A stretch of 64,000 bases of DNA from Pseudomonadota bacterium (GCA_034439715.1 JAWXAY010000033.1:15647-79646), one strand, 5' to 3'. Counted from the stretch's first letter, positions 28,455 to 38,980 are shown. Made by a program: numbers and translations. The notes: a model not told the origin generated them from the letters alone.

Positions 28455-28481
28455 TTTTCGGCTTATTCTGTATAAAGTTTA
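28455..28481 (-). promoter_or_regulatory. FliA/sigma28-like promoter
   Basis: TAAA-N15-GCCGAAAA with canonical spacing, upstream of the 28434 start. Confidence 0.6.
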
Positions 28482-28540
28482 GGACTTTAGTCTTGCGGCT
28501 AGGCGCTACAGTTTATTTAAAAAGCACTGCGCTTGCATTC

Positions 28541-29260
28541 TCATTTTGAAGCGCGAACGGCAAATGTAGATTCCCTTTTTGAGCCAAAACCGGGTTTTTC
28601 AATTAGAGAAAAACCACTTTGAGATAGGGCTTTTTTCAACGAGCCATTTGAGGCATATGTTGCAAAAGAGCATGGTGTCCCCGCCATAGACTTTAAAAAG
28701 TTAACCAGCCATTCCTGTTGCCACAGCTCAGGGTTAGCCGACTTGCTATAGGGGTCAAATTGGATGACATGGTATTCTCCCAAATCGTTATAGGATAGAT
28801 CTAGCAAAGGGTCGGCAAAAAAAATCCAGTTATTTTGTTGATAGAGCTTAAGGGCAAAGTTCTTAAGAACTGAGCTCTGAACATTTAAGTGGGTCTCAAT
28901 ATGGGACAAGATTTCGTCGTAGGTTTTTGCAAACTCATTTGGTTTCGGGTCATTAACTAACCAACTTAAAAAAGAACTTTTTAGCTGGGTTGACTTTTCA
29001 AAAGACAAGAGTGCCACGCTCTCATTGCGACGAGCGGATTTTAATATCATTGCCAAGGAAATTAACTCGATATAACCAAGCCCGAGGCCCATAACACACA
29101 TTTTTAGCGGGTAGTTACGCTCAATGGCCAACTCCATATTTTTGCCATAAATATAGAGGGTCTCCGAAAAAGCTCCTTCGCGTGCATGCATCGTTTGCCC
29201 CGAAATCGGGTCATTAAGAGAAGTGCTGCCATCATTGGTCCTGACTAACGGATTAGACAT
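28541..29260 (-). CDS. Stand-alone MnmC methyltransferase domain (MnmD-like)
   Basis: TNDGSTSL, MHAREGAFSETLYIY, LGLGLG, DPYSKSANPELW, FATYAS, GFGSKRE; no FAD oxidase domain. Confidence 0.82.
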   Translation of the reverse strand: MSNPLVRTNDGSTSLNDPISGQTMHAREGAFSETLYIYGKNMELAIERNYPLKMCVMGLGLGYIELISLAMILKSARRNESVALLSFEKSTQLKSSFLSWLVNDPKPNEFAKTYDEILSHIETHLNVQSSVLKNFALKLYQQNNWIFFADPLLDLSYNDLGEYHVIQFDPYSKSANPELWQQEWLVNFLKSMAGTPCSFATYASNGSLKKALSQSGFSLIEKPGFGSKRESTFAVRASK

Positions 29261-29313
29261 GTTTAATGGTATTACTCCATTGACTCTCCTATGAAAACCT
29301 TTATTTAAAAGAG

Positions 29314-30282
29314 ATGATTCCCTATTTTTCTATTGGACAGTATTACCGCGCTAAGTTTGGCGAAAAAATGTATAAATTGCCTGTGAGCATTGTGGATACC
29401 TGCCCCAATCGCGAAGGTCTAAAGGGAATGAAACAGTGTATTTTTTGTGATGAGTGGGGTTCGTTTGCTTATCAAGATACCATGACCAGATCATTGGCAT
29501 TTCAAATAGAAAATCATCGCGAAAAGTTAAGCAAAAAACATGGAAACAGTAAATTCTTGGTCTACTTTCAGGCCTACACATCAACTTTTGCCAAGATTAG
29601 TTATCTGAGAGAGTGTTTTGACGAAGTCCTTAAGTATGATTTTGTTAAAGGTATAATTATTGGAACCCGCCCGGACTGTATCTCAAAGTCACTTATCGAA
29701 ATGTGGCACGAGTATTCTCTAAAAACCTATTTGGCTGTGGAGTTTGGCGTCCAGAGTTTTTTTGATGAAAGACTTAAGTGGCTTGAGCGCGGGCATCCGG
29801 CTCTAAGTATTTATAGGGCCATTGAAAACATCCGAAAAGTTTCAGATTTTGATCTAGGTGTGCATTTGATGTTTGGTTTACCAGGCGAGAGTTTAGCCGA
29901 AATTATTGAGAGCGCAAAAATTATAAATCGTCTTCCCATTAACAGTGTCAAACTTCATAACCTACACGTATTAAAGAGCACACCATTGGAACAGTTATAT
30001 TTAAAGGGTGAGTTTAAGCCCATTGAGCTTGAGGAATACACTTTAAAGGTCGCCGAGTTTTTGAGATATTTATCCCCGAGCGTGGCTGTTCATCGCCTAA
30101 GTGCTGTGGCTAGTCGCTGGGATGAATTGCTGGCGCCCGAGTGGACCAAGTATCATTTAAAAACTTATCAGCATATTGTTGAGTTCATGAATCGAGAAGG
30201 CTTTCAGCAAGGACAGAAATATCATCTGAACTCACGCGAATCTCATTTGAAACCTTTTGTGCTTCCGGTGCAATCTTTATAA
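29314..30282 (+). CDS. TIGR01212-family radical SAM protein
   Basis: TCPNREG...CIFC cluster motif, YFQAYTST, IGTRPDC, EFGVQS, RGH, KLHNLHVLK. Confidence 0.93.
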   Translation: MIPYFSIGQYYRAKFGEKMYKLPVSIVDTCPNREGLKGMKQCIFCDEWGSFAYQDTMTRSLAFQIENHREKLSKKHGNSKFLVYFQAYTSTFAKISYLRECFDEVLKYDFVKGIIIGTRPDCISKSLIEMWHEYSLKTYLAVEFGVQSFFDERLKWLERGHPALSIYRAIENIRKVSDFDLGVHLMFGLPGESLAEIIESAKIINRLPINSVKLHNLHVLKSTPLEQLYLKGEFKPIELEEYTLKVAEFLRYLSPSVAVHRLSAVASRWDELLAPEWTKYHLKTYQHIVEFMNREGFQQGQKYHLNSRESHLKPFVLPVQSL

Positions 30283-31243
30283 GTTCTCCGCGCCGGTACT
30301 CTGGCGGGGTGCCATCTCTTTTTAGCCAAGATAAAAATTCGCGATCAGGACTTCGGCAAACCATTTGTCTAAATTTACCCTTCTCGTTTTTTTGATCTCC
30401 AGTGAGTCTTGCAAACTGTGATATTGTATTTGGTGGAGGACTGCGGCTGGCCGCTAAAAAACTGTAGGTCAGAGTTTTATTTTTTATGGGCAAATGTTTT
30501 TCAAGGTCGCCAAACCATTTAGGTTGTTGCCAGAATACTCGGTGGTGACACCAATCGCTTTTCGTCGGCAAAAGGGGACAATCTTTCAAATGTGTGCAGG
30601 GCGCCCACAGATGAAACTTATTAAGGCGTAAGGTTTCACGCGTCGACAGTAAATTTCTACCGTTTATTCGATCTGAGGGCTCAACGATAAGTACATTATT
30701 AAATTTTTCCCAACCGTCTGGCAAGTGGCCAAGCTCTAGGAGTGCATAAGAAAGTATGAGTAACTTTTTTTCGGGATGTGAAACCTCACTTAATTTTAAA
30801 TCACTATGCCACGTCAGCTCAGCTGCCGGTAGTTCTGTTGCTTCTTTGGGGTAAAGCGATTGGAAGAGTGCGGGCGCATGTTTATAGCGCTCAATGCAAA
30901 TACCCGAGCTTAAATCAATTAAGCTGTCGTTCAGAGCGCACGGAAAGGTCCCAGGCCCACTTCCAAAATCTACAAAGGATTTAATGTCCTTAAAAAAACC
31001 CACTCGGTTTGCTTCGTAGATTGCTGAACAAGCGCGAATATAATTAAGCGGAAAAAAATAGGCAATATAAGCTGCAAGGGCAGCCGGTTGCTCCCACGGA
31101 GTGATTCCCACTCTGTGAATATAGTGGTCTGATAGAGCTAAAATCGCATTTGCCAACTGCTTTGGCTTGGCAAAAGTGAAACCCTGTTTATTTAATAGGA
31201 CCTCAAGACGATTATAGTAGTGTTCGGGAAATGAAAATTCCAT
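30185..31243 (-). CDS. Rsm22-like SAM-dependent methyltransferase
   Basis: AYIAYFFPLNY, DFGSGPG, IVEPS, APCTHLKDCPL, DWCH, FSFLA; 98-nt convergent overlap with the radical SAM gene. Confidence 0.8.
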   Translation of the reverse strand: MEFSFPEHYYNRLEVLLNKQGFTFAKPKQLANAILALSDHYIHRVGITPWEQPAALAAYIAYFFPLNYIRACSAIYEANRVGFFKDIKSFVDFGSGPGTFPCALNDSLIDLSSGICIERYKHAPALFQSLYPKEATELPAAELTWHSDLKLSEVSHPEKKLLILSYALLELGHLPDGWEKFNNVLIVEPSDRINGRNLLSTRETLRLNKFHLWAPCTHLKDCPLLPTKSDWCHHRVFWQQPKWFGDLEKHLPIKNKTLTYSFLAASRSPPPNTISQFARLTGDQKNEKGKFRQMVCRSPDREFLSWLKRDGTPPEYRRGELIKIAPEAQKVSNEIRVSSDDISVLAESLLDS

Positions 31244-31324
31244 GACTTATTATAGGCCTACCATATAGAATGCCACCATATAGAATTTTGGTAAGATTGC
31301 AATAGCAGAAGCAGAGGAGAAATT

Positions 31325-32170
31325 ATGTGGGGAATCATTGGCGGCACTGGCTTTGAAAAAATCGAGGGTTTTGAGATTATAGAGGATTTAAGTCCGGAGA
31401 CTCCTTTTGGACCGGCGTCCTCTTATTTTAAACGCGTGCGTATTGGCGGAACTGAGTGCCTTTATCTCTCTCGTCACGGAACCCATCATGAACAATTGCC
31501 CTCAGAAGTAAATTATCAGGCCAATATTTTTGCCTTAAAAAGATGGGGAGCCTCGCGAGTTCTAGCTTTTTCGGCAGTCGGAAGCCTTGAGGCAGCCTGT
31601 AAGCCAGGTGATATGGCGATAATTTCTCAGTATATTGACCGCACCAAAGGTGTACGTAAACACACTTATTGTGGCGAGGGGATTGTGGGCCATGTATCGC
31701 TCGCGTACCCTACTTGCTCCGCTTGGATGAAAGCCATTCAAGATTTAAAGAGCGAGTTTGATTTCCCTATCCATTTTGACAAAACATATTTGTGTATCGA
31801 AGGGCCTTACTTTTCTACTTTTGCCGAAAGTGTAAGTTACCAAAAAATGGGGGCGCATATTATTGGCATGACTCAGGTGCCTGAGATGAGTCTCGCACGC
31901 GAGGCGGGGCTTTGTTATTTGTCTTGCTGTTTTGTAACTGATTTTGACTGTTGGGATACTTCGATTGAACATGTTACTCAGCAAGAAATTATGCGCATCT
32001 TAAAACAGAATGCCAGTCGTGGTTTTTCTATTCTTGAAAGATTAGCTAGAACTACTGACGAGGATATTGATGACTGTAAATGTTCCGCCCAGGGATTAAA
32101 AAATGGCTTGATGTCGCCTTTGTCGTCGCTCACTGATTCCCAGAAAAAATGGATGTCTGTAATTTACTAA
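31325..32170 (+). CDS. mtnP: S-methyl-5'-thioadenosine phosphorylase
   Basis: GIIGGTG, TPFG, LSRHG, VNYQANI, SAVGSL, IEGPYFST, IGMT, TDFDCW. Confidence 0.9.
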   Translation: MWGIIGGTGFEKIEGFEIIEDLSPETPFGPASSYFKRVRIGGTECLYLSRHGTHHEQLPSEVNYQANIFALKRWGASRVLAFSAVGSLEAACKPGDMAIISQYIDRTKGVRKHTYCGEGIVGHVSLAYPTCSAWMKAIQDLKSEFDFPIHFDKTYLCIEGPYFSTFAESVSYQKMGAHIIGMTQVPEMSLAREAGLCYLSCCFVTDFDCWDTSIEHVTQQEIMRILKQNASRGFSILERLARTTDEDIDDCKCSAQGLKNGLMSPLSSLTDSQKKWMSVIY

Positions 32171-32434
32171 ATTTTTTGAGACTAGTCGGGGCCTTTTTTT
32201 CAGGTACTTTTCGTGGGCTTTGAACTGTGGTGCAATGTCCGCGCTCTTTCGACTAAAACCTAGACGCCACACTCCTCACTCTTCTCGTAAACGCATTACG
32301 ACTCAACTAATCGTCGTAGCATTTTGGCGTATCTTCGTCCTTCGGGCATCGCAGTTTTTACGCCAAATATTTAATACATTTAGATTTTGCTATCGTAGAT
32401 ATTTGACTGGCCTGTTCAAGTTCTAAATGCAACG

Positions 32435-32974
32435 ATGAAATCAAAACAATTGTCATTTTTCAAAAAACTAACACTTGAGCATGGTGGGACTTTGGGAAAG
32501 GGTAAACGCAAGGGTGCGAGACCGATCTCGACGAAACACCCCATTCACCTTGTTTATCGGGCTTCTAAAGCTAGAGCGAAGCTCTCTCTTCTAAATTTCT
32601 CTCGACGAATAGACAAAATTCTTTCTCAACAGGCTCAAAAGTTTGGCGTTTCGATTTACGAAAAGGCTAACTCTGGTAACCACCTTCACCTCTTAATTAG
32701 AGGTAAAAAGCGAGTGGGAATTCAAAAATTTTATATTTCTACGACAGCGCTTATAGCACGCCTCGTGACAGGTACAAAAAAAGGTAATAAGTTTGGGAAA
32801 TTCTGGGATCACTTAATATTTTCTAGGGTGCTCACCTCCTGGAGTCGTGAATTTTTGGATTTGAAGGATTACCTTGTACAAAACACACTAGAGACTTTAG
32901 GCCTTGTGCCCTTTAGGGCACGGCTGCGGCACGGAGCGCGGCATACGAACTTGGCGAGATCAAATTCAAGTTAA
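32435..32974 (+). mobile_element. HUH/Y1 tyrosine transposase (IS200-like or RAYT-like)
   Basis: IHLVYRA, NHLHLL (HUH), FW...FSR, DYLVQN (catalytic Tyr); hairpins on both sides. Confidence 0.8.
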
Positions 32975-33010
32975 TTAAGTTTTGGCCCATAGAACCATAA
33001 AATTGATGAT

Positions 33011-33042
33011 GAAAAGAAACCCTGAAAAGAAACCCTGAAAAG
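33011..33042 (+). repeat. 13-bp tandem direct repeat (about 2.5 copies)
   Basis: GAAAAGAAACCCT GAAAAGAAACCCT GAAAAG. Confidence 0.85.
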
Positions 33043-33266
33043 TTCAATATGCATTTTTTTCCACTTATCCCAAAGTGAGATTTTTTTGGACAGAGCAACT
33101 CCGACGAGTCAACACTGCCCAACTAACAGTCGCATGTAAGAATTTGGCTGGCGTGGTCTCCTAAAGTGCTTTAAACTGGGAATACAAATTGCAGCTTAGT
33201 AATGTGGAAATACGAATTAAAATGTGAAACCACGAATTGTAGTCTCAGAATGATTCGGATGTAAAA

Positions 33267-33656
33267 ATGAATAAATCGTTAAGAACAGGCACGCTTGCAA
33301 TTACTTTTTTGGTTTTGTTGGCATTTGGCTTTCAAAACTGTGCCGAAAAACCATTGGAAATAAACCTTCAAAACCAGGGTAGTAATGTCCCTCTTAAATT
33401 GCTTTCTGATTGTGACGTTATCCCTGGAAATACTTCCCAGCTTCCGTTTTCAAGCTGCGGTGTTTATGATGGTTCGAATCAGGTAGTTTGTTCCTGTAGC
33501 CATACTAGCCAACGCTTAATAGAAAATTTCTTTACTTCGAGCGGAGATAGAGAACATTGGCTCTCAGTTTACCCAAACAATACTATTTCTTATAATGGGC
33601 CGACTCAATACACAAACACCGGGCTATTCAAATTCATGGTTAAATACACCTATTGA
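33267..33656 (+). CDS. Small FQNC-type lipoprotein of unknown function
   Basis: LLAFGFQNC lipobox typical of Bdellovibrionales; four further Cys. Confidence 0.75.
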   Translation: MNKSLRTGTLAITFLVLLAFGFQNCAEKPLEINLQNQGSNVPLKLLSDCDVIPGNTSQLPFSSCGVYDGSNQVVCSCSHTSQRLIENFFTSSGDREHWLSVYPNNTISYNGPTQYTNTGLFKFMVKYTY

Positions 33657-36502
33657 TAACTTTCCATTGGTTCACATGAGCAATTAAAATTTTTATCGCC
33701 GTAAGCATTGTCGACGCGTGAAACTGGTGGCCAGTATTTGTGCTCGCGTAGCCAGGGTTTCGGAAAAGCAGCCACCTCGCGAGAGTAGGGGCGATCCCAT
33801 GTCGAGCGCAACAATACACCACTCGTGTGGGGCGCATTCCTCAGGGGATTGTTATTGCGAGGCATTTGACCTGTCTCCACTAACTTAATTTCTTCATAAA
33901 TACTAATCAGTGCATCACAAAAACGATCAAGCTCTGGCAGCGACTCACTCTCCGTAGGTTCAATCATAAAAGTGCCGGGTACGGGAAACGACATAGTCGG
34001 GGCATGAAAGCCATAATCCATGAGACGCTTTGCCACGTCATCGACTGAAACATCAGTCGCGTTTTTAATGGGACGCAAATCAATAATACATTCGTGCGCA
34101 ACTAAACCATTCTTACCTTTGTATAACACCGGAAAATAGCGATCGAGTCGATTCGCCATGTAGTTGGCATTAAGAATGGCGATTTCAGTGGCCTCGCGCA
34201 GACCTTCGGAGCCCATCATTTGAATAAATGCCCATGATATTGGTAGAATTCCGGCACTGCCCCATGGCGCTGCTGACACTGCGGATGTTCCTGTCTTCGG
34301 GCCACACTCGGGCACCACAACGTGCGAAGGCAAAAAAGGCGTTAAATGTTTAGCCACACCGATTGGCCCCATGCCGGGTCCGCCTCCACCATGAGGAATG
34401 CAAAAAGTTTTATGGAGATTTAAGTGGGCGACGTCCGCACCAAATTCAGCCGGCCGACATAAACCCACAAGCGCGTTCATGTTAGCGCCATCCATATACA
34501 CTTGCCCGCCGTGATCATGTACGATTTTGCAAATGTCCTTTATGCTTTCTTCAAACACACCATGAGTAGAAGGATAAGTAATCATAAGTGCCGAAAGATT
34601 TTTTTGATTTTCTTTGGCTTTATTTTTTAAATCTGCCACATCTACATTTCCGCTCGCATCACAAGCTACCACCACGACTTTAAATCCAGCCAGTACCGCG
34701 CTGGCTGGATTAGTTCCATGAGCCGAACTAGGTATTAAACAAATGTTTCTATTTTTTTCTCCACGCGATAAGTGGTAAGCATTAATAATCAACAAGCCCG
34801 CATATTCGCCCTGCGAGCCGGCATTAGGTTGGAGCGACATAGCCGAGAATCCAGTAATGTCGGCGAGCCACTTTTCAAGTTCTAAAAAAAGCTGCCGGTA
34901 GCCCACGGTTTGTTCCTGAGGAGTAAAGGGATGTAGATTACAGAACTCAGGCCAAGTGACAGGGTACATCTCGCTCGTCGCGTTTAACTTCATGGTACAT
35001 GAACCCAACGGAATCATTGATGTTGTGAGTGAAAGGTCTTTGGCTTCAAGCCGGTGTATGTAGCGCAGCATTTCCGTTTCTGAGTGGTATTTATTAAAAA
35101 CATTTTGTTTTAAAAAGTCAGTTTTTCGGAGCAGATTTGGCCCCAAAGCAAGAGCACTCTCCACGAGAGATTTCTCGCTCACAGAATATTTTTTACCAAG
35201 CGAAAGTGCACTCAAGAGCAAGTTTAAATCACCCAAAGAAATAGATTCGTCAAAAGAAATCCCAAAACTATTTGGACTGACTTTTCGTAAGTTTATTTTT
35301 TGCGCCTCACACGCTTTTAAGATTTCAGATGTTTTTTCAGTTTCTACCGTTAGTGTATCGAAAAAAACGTCACCCTTAATTTTATAGCCAAGTTTTAGTA
35401 GTTCCGCGCGCACAAAAACTGTCATTCGGTGTACCCGTAATGCAATATTTTTTAAGCCTTGGGGGCCGTGGTAGACCGCATACATGCTGGCCATCACGGC
35501 GAGCAGAACTTGCGAGGTACAAATATTACTTGAAGCTTTTTCGCGACGGATGTGTTGTTCACGAGTTTGCAGGGCAAGTCTTAACGCCAGATGGCCTTCT
35601 GTATCTTTTGAAACCCCAATAAACCGACCGGGGACCAGGCGTTTAAACTCATCCCGAGTCGCTATAAATGCGGCGTGCGGGCCACCAAAACCCATGGGTA
35701 CGCCGAACCTTTGCGAACTGCCAATGGCGACATCGGCGCCCATTTCAGCAGGGGATTTGACCAATGTAATGGCTAAGAGGTCACAGTTCATAATTATCAT
35801 AGCACCTTGAGCCTTGGCTTTTTTCACACTATTTTCTAAATCTCTTATTTCACCATCCAAACTTGTCTGTTGTAAAAAGGCAGCAAAAAGAGGCTCGTTA
35901 AAGGCATAAGATTTTGGGTCATCTATAATGAGTTCTAAACCAAGAGGTGTTGCCCTCGTTTTTAAAACCTCAATGGTTTGTGGAAACGACCTGAGATCAA
36001 CAAACATTTTTTTTGAAGAATGGCTTTTTGCACTTTTCGCATTAAAACATAAAAACATAGCCTCTGCCGCGGCCGTGGCTTCATCTAACAGACTCGCGTT
36101 TGCAAGATCAAATCCGGTCAGTTCCATGATCATAGTTTGAAAATTCAAAAGTGCTTCCATGCGGCCTTGAGAAATCTCAGCTTGATAGGGCGTGTAAGCA
36201 GTATACCATCCCGGATTTTCGAGAATATTTCGTTGAATGACAGGGGGCGTGTGGGTGCCGTAATATCCCATTCCAATATAGGATTTAAAAACCTGATTCT
36301 TGCCAGCGATTTCTCGAGCTCGAATAAGAGAGTCGGATTCAGAAAGTCCTTGTCCTATTTGATACGGCTGCTGGGTTCTAATATTTGCCGGGACAGTTTT
36401 GTTGATCAGCTCATCGAGGCTAGTTAGACCCAAACTATCCAGCATTTTTTTTTGTTGTGCAGCATCGGGTCCGATATGGCGGCGTGCAAATGTAAAAGAC
36501 AT
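33650..36502 (-). CDS. gcvP: Glycine dehydrogenase (decarboxylating), P protein (start moved from 36526 to 36502)
   Basis: [65 protein letters not shown]; AAGGGG RBS. Confidence 0.97.
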   Translation of the reverse strand: MSFTFARRHIGPDAAQQKKMLDSLGLTSLDELINKTVPANIRTQQPYQIGQGLSESDSLIRAREIAGKNQVFKSYIGMGYYGTHTPPVIQRNILENPGWYTAYTPYQAEISQGRMEALLNFQTMIMELTGFDLANASLLDEATAAAEAMFLCFNAKSAKSHSSKKMFVDLRSFPQTIEVLKTRATPLGLELIIDDPKSYAFNEPLFAAFLQQTSLDGEIRDLENSVKKAKAQGAMIIMNCDLLAITLVKSPAEMGADVAIGSSQRFGVPMGFGGPHAAFIATRDEFKRLVPGRFIGVSKDTEGHLALRLALQTREQHIRREKASSNICTSQVLLAVMASMYAVYHGPQGLKNIALRVHRMTVFVRAELLKLGYKIKGDVFFDTLTVETEKTSEILKACEAQKINLRKVSPNSFGISFDESISLGDLNLLLSALSLGKKYSVSEKSLVESALALGPNLLRKTDFLKQNVFNKYHSETEMLRYIHRLEAKDLSLTTSMIPLGSCTMKLNATSEMYPVTWPEFCNLHPFTPQEQTVGYRQLFLELEKWLADITGFSAMSLQPNAGSQGEYAGLLIINAYHLSRGEKNRNICLIPSSAHGTNPASAVLAGFKVVVVACDASGNVDVADLKNKAKENQKNLSALMITYPSTHGVFEESIKDICKIVHDHGGQVYMDGANMNALVGLCRPAEFGADVAHLNLHKTFCIPHGGGGPGMGPIGVAKHLTPFLPSHVVVPECGPKTGTSAVSAAPWGSAGILPISWAFIQMMGSEGLREATEIAILNANYMANRLDRYFPVLYKGKNGLVAHECIIDLRPIKNATDVSVDDVAKRLMDYGFHAPTMSFPVPGTFMIEPTESESLPELDRFCDALISIYEEIKLVETGQMPRNNNPLRNAPHTSGVLLRSTWDRPYSREVAAFPKPWLREHKYWPPVSRVDNAYGDKNFNCSCEPMESYQ

Positions 36503-36543
36503 AAAACCCCTTAACAGAATTAGCATAAAGCTTAGGGAGATGT

Positions 36544-37017
36544 CTATTGCCGGGCTTTTTGTTCTTTTACGATTTCAGTAAGGGCGGCGGAAGTCGGGCT
36601 CGAGTATTCCATGCCTTCCACAAACTTATGGTTTTCACGAGTATCAGCATCAAGCTTACCAATAATGACATTGGCCTTGCGCAATCTCTCAGCAAGACTA
36701 GTCAACATTGACCTCGCCCAATCAGGCAGTTCATCCAAAATAGTGTTATAGGCGGCTTCGTCGACCATTACGGCGCGCACTTCAGTTAACGCTTGGGCTG
36801 TTGCAGAGCGAGGCTGTTGGTCTAAAAGTGCAAACTCGCCAAGAGAGTGACCTTCTTCAACTACCGCGATTGAGAGCTTGTTTCCTTTAGGACCTTTTTT
36901 ATGGATCTCTACTCGGCCTTCTTGAATTACGTAAAACTGAAAACTTTTTTCGCCCTCGTTAAAAAGAATATCGCCAGCGTTAAAGCGTACGCCTTCCAAT
37001 TGTTGTTTTTCAAACAT
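36544..37017 (-). CDS. Cyclic-nucleotide-binding domain protein (no HTH)
   Basis: [23 protein letters not shown]. Confidence 0.88.
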   Translation of the reverse strand: MFEKQQLEGVRFNAGDILFNEGEKSFQFYVIQEGRVEIHKKGPKGNKLSIAVVEEGHSLGEFALLDQQPRSATAQALTEVRAVMVDEAAYNTILDELPDWARSMLTSLAERLRKANVIIGKLDADTRENHKFVEGMEYSSPTSAALTEIVKEQKARQ

Positions 37018-37412
37018 TACTTAGTTGTCTTTTTGGCCTTTTTTTTTAGTTTGGCCCTGATTGTTTTTGAAAATTTCTGCTTATGCGTTGTGGCTTTCTT
37101 TTTTACAGTTTCGAAGTGCCCCTTAGCCTCTGATTTTGATTTTTGAAAGAAGCCAATAACACTGGCGATTTCCTTATCAAACTGCCCTTGCAATTTATTG
37201 ATTGTTTTTAGGACTTCATTATATCGACTCTCAAGCTGCTTAACTCGACCTCTATTCTTAGGGCTCAGCTTGGATTGAAAGTCCACTTTACGAACTTCAC
37301 TAGCCAGTCTAACAACTTCAGATTTTATTTTGTCCACGCTGTTAAGTTTAAGAATTTCGTCTTTAAGCTTTTTAATTTTGTTTTTGTCTAATTTAAAATC
37401 GCCGATCATCAC
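37017..37412 (-). CDS. Lys-rich helical hypothetical protein
   Basis: 131-aa ORF, AAGGGGG RBS, stop abuts the start of the next gene, basic C-terminus. Confidence 0.7.
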   Translation of the reverse strand: MMIGDFKLDKNKIKKLKDEILKLNSVDKIKSEVVRLASEVRKVDFQSKLSPKNRGRVKQLESRYNEVLKTINKLQGQFDKEIASVIGFFQKSKSEAKGHFETVKKKATTHKQKFSKTIRAKLKKKAKKTTK

Positions 37413-37743
37413 ATGAGCCCCCTTGTTTTAGGCCCAAGTATATTCATTTATTTGGCACTAAGCTAGCGCCAAATTGCGCACCATCGGTGCCATCTAACGG
37501 CGTTTTTTTGTAATAAGACCACCGATTGTGTCGTCTCTGTTTACAGTTTCTCAAGTAAATTCCTCGATTATACGCGCTTTGGTAAAAATCGCTAACTTCG
37601 AATTTACCAAACTGTGACCTAGCCATCAGTCTAAAACCCATCTAAAATTTAAGCACTTACAGCTTTCTATTTTCAAATTCAAGCCTCTACATTCAAAAGA
37701 AAAGGCCCTTTTTGTCACTTTGCCTTCACAAATGTCAAAAAAA

Positions 37744-37760
37744 TTGGCAGGGGGTTTGCT
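37744..37760 (+). promoter_or_regulatory. Sigma54-like promoter
   Basis: TTGGCAGGGGGTTTGCT with -24 GG and -12 GC correctly spaced, 96 nt before ATG 37857. Confidence 0.6.
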
Positions 37761-37856
37761 TATTTGAGCCTCGAACACGCTTTATAAAATTGGGCCTTGG
37801 CTTGGTGCTATGGTTCGAGAATTTAATTTAACAACATTTTTCATAAGGAGTAAAAT

Positions 37857-38912
37857 ATGAAAAAAATTATATCGTCGATTGCTGTCGTTGCAGTCGCCTT
37901 TAGTATGTCGGCACAAGCTGAACAGAAACAAGAAATGGAAACTATTAATATTGAGGGTTTAGATAGCAAGAATACGACTCTTACTAGCCTTGGTCAAACT
38001 GGAGTTAACCTTCTTGTCAACACTGGAAACTTAGTTATTGCTTTAAACAATAATATAAACGCACTTCCAGATGGTTTAGACAAAAAAGCTGATGATCTTC
38101 AGAAATGTATTGCTGAAAACTTTGAGAAGTTCGAAAAATATGATGGCGATAAACCGGTTACAGTTGCAATGTGTACTGTTGGTTCAGTCGTAGATGCAGT
38201 CGGTATTGTTATCGAAAAAACAACAGGCGCTGCTTTTCGTATAACTGCAGTTCCCGGAAAACTTTTGGCAGATGCTGGCAGTTCACTGCTTGCCGATGTG
38301 GCGGTAGTTGTTGATTCAATGAACGATAAAGATATGACTAAAATCCCTGGTATGTGGGCATATCAACTTGGTTACGTTATCGCTGCAGGTTCTGTTGGCG
38401 TTGTTGGCGAAATCACTGGCGAGATGATTCAATTTATTTCTGATAAAGGTCAGAAAACAGTTGAATTAGTAATCAATGGTGTTCGCACTGGAATCAAAGT
38501 TGCGCATAAAGGTGCCGTTATACTTGTGCACTACTCTATTAAAGCCGGTAAAGAAGTTGGCGAGCGCGTAGTTCTAGTTGTTGGCGACGCTTTAGTATCA
38601 GCTATTGACACTTACTCTACTCTTCAGTGTGGTCTTGCTACTGGTGCAAAAGCTGGCACTAACATCGTTCTTGATCTTTTCCGATCACAAGATACGATCG
38701 ATCAAAGAGAACGCGAAGAGCGTGGTAATGCTTGTGACTACAATCGCAATCTTGCTGCAGATGCAGGTCACATCGTATTAAAAATATTAACTATTTCTAT
38801 CCGAGCGTTCACAAACGAATCGTATGAAGAGTTTATGGCTAAAGGTGGAAAAAACAATTTCTGCCCCAACGGCTATAAAAGTGATCGCAAAGGTTTTCAA
38901 GTTTGCAAATAA
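37857..38912 (+). CDS. Secreted amphipathic-helical protein, paralog 1
   Basis: Signal peptide ending SAQA; AAGGAG RBS; shares many blocks with 42914-43816. Confidence 0.85.
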   Translation: MKKIISSIAVVAVAFSMSAQAEQKQEMETINIEGLDSKNTTLTSLGQTGVNLLVNTGNLVIALNNNINALPDGLDKKADDLQKCIAENFEKFEKYDGDKPVTVAMCTVGSVVDAVGIVIEKTTGAAFRITAVPGKLLADAGSSLLADVAVVVDSMNDKDMTKIPGMWAYQLGYVIAAGSVGVVGEITGEMIQFISDKGQKTVELVINGVRTGIKVAHKGAVILVHYSIKAGKEVGERVVLVVGDALVSAIDTYSTLQCGLATGAKAGTNIVLDLFRSQDTIDQREREERGNACDYNRNLAADAGHIVLKILTISIRAFTNESYEEFMAKGGKNNFCPNGYKSDRKGFQVCK

Positions 38913-38947
38913 ATTATTAATATAATTTATTTGTTAGTAATTAAACG

Positions 38948-38980
38948 CAGCCTCTTCGTTAGTGGAGAGGCTGTTTTTTT
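38948..38980 (+). terminator. Intrinsic terminator
   Basis: CAGCCTCT...AGAGGCTG followed by T7. Confidence 0.85.

Noticed and set aside
32913-33837. ORFs 32913-33122 and 33640-33837
   Set aside because: They overlap the transposase end and gcvP end, and have no motifs or RBS.
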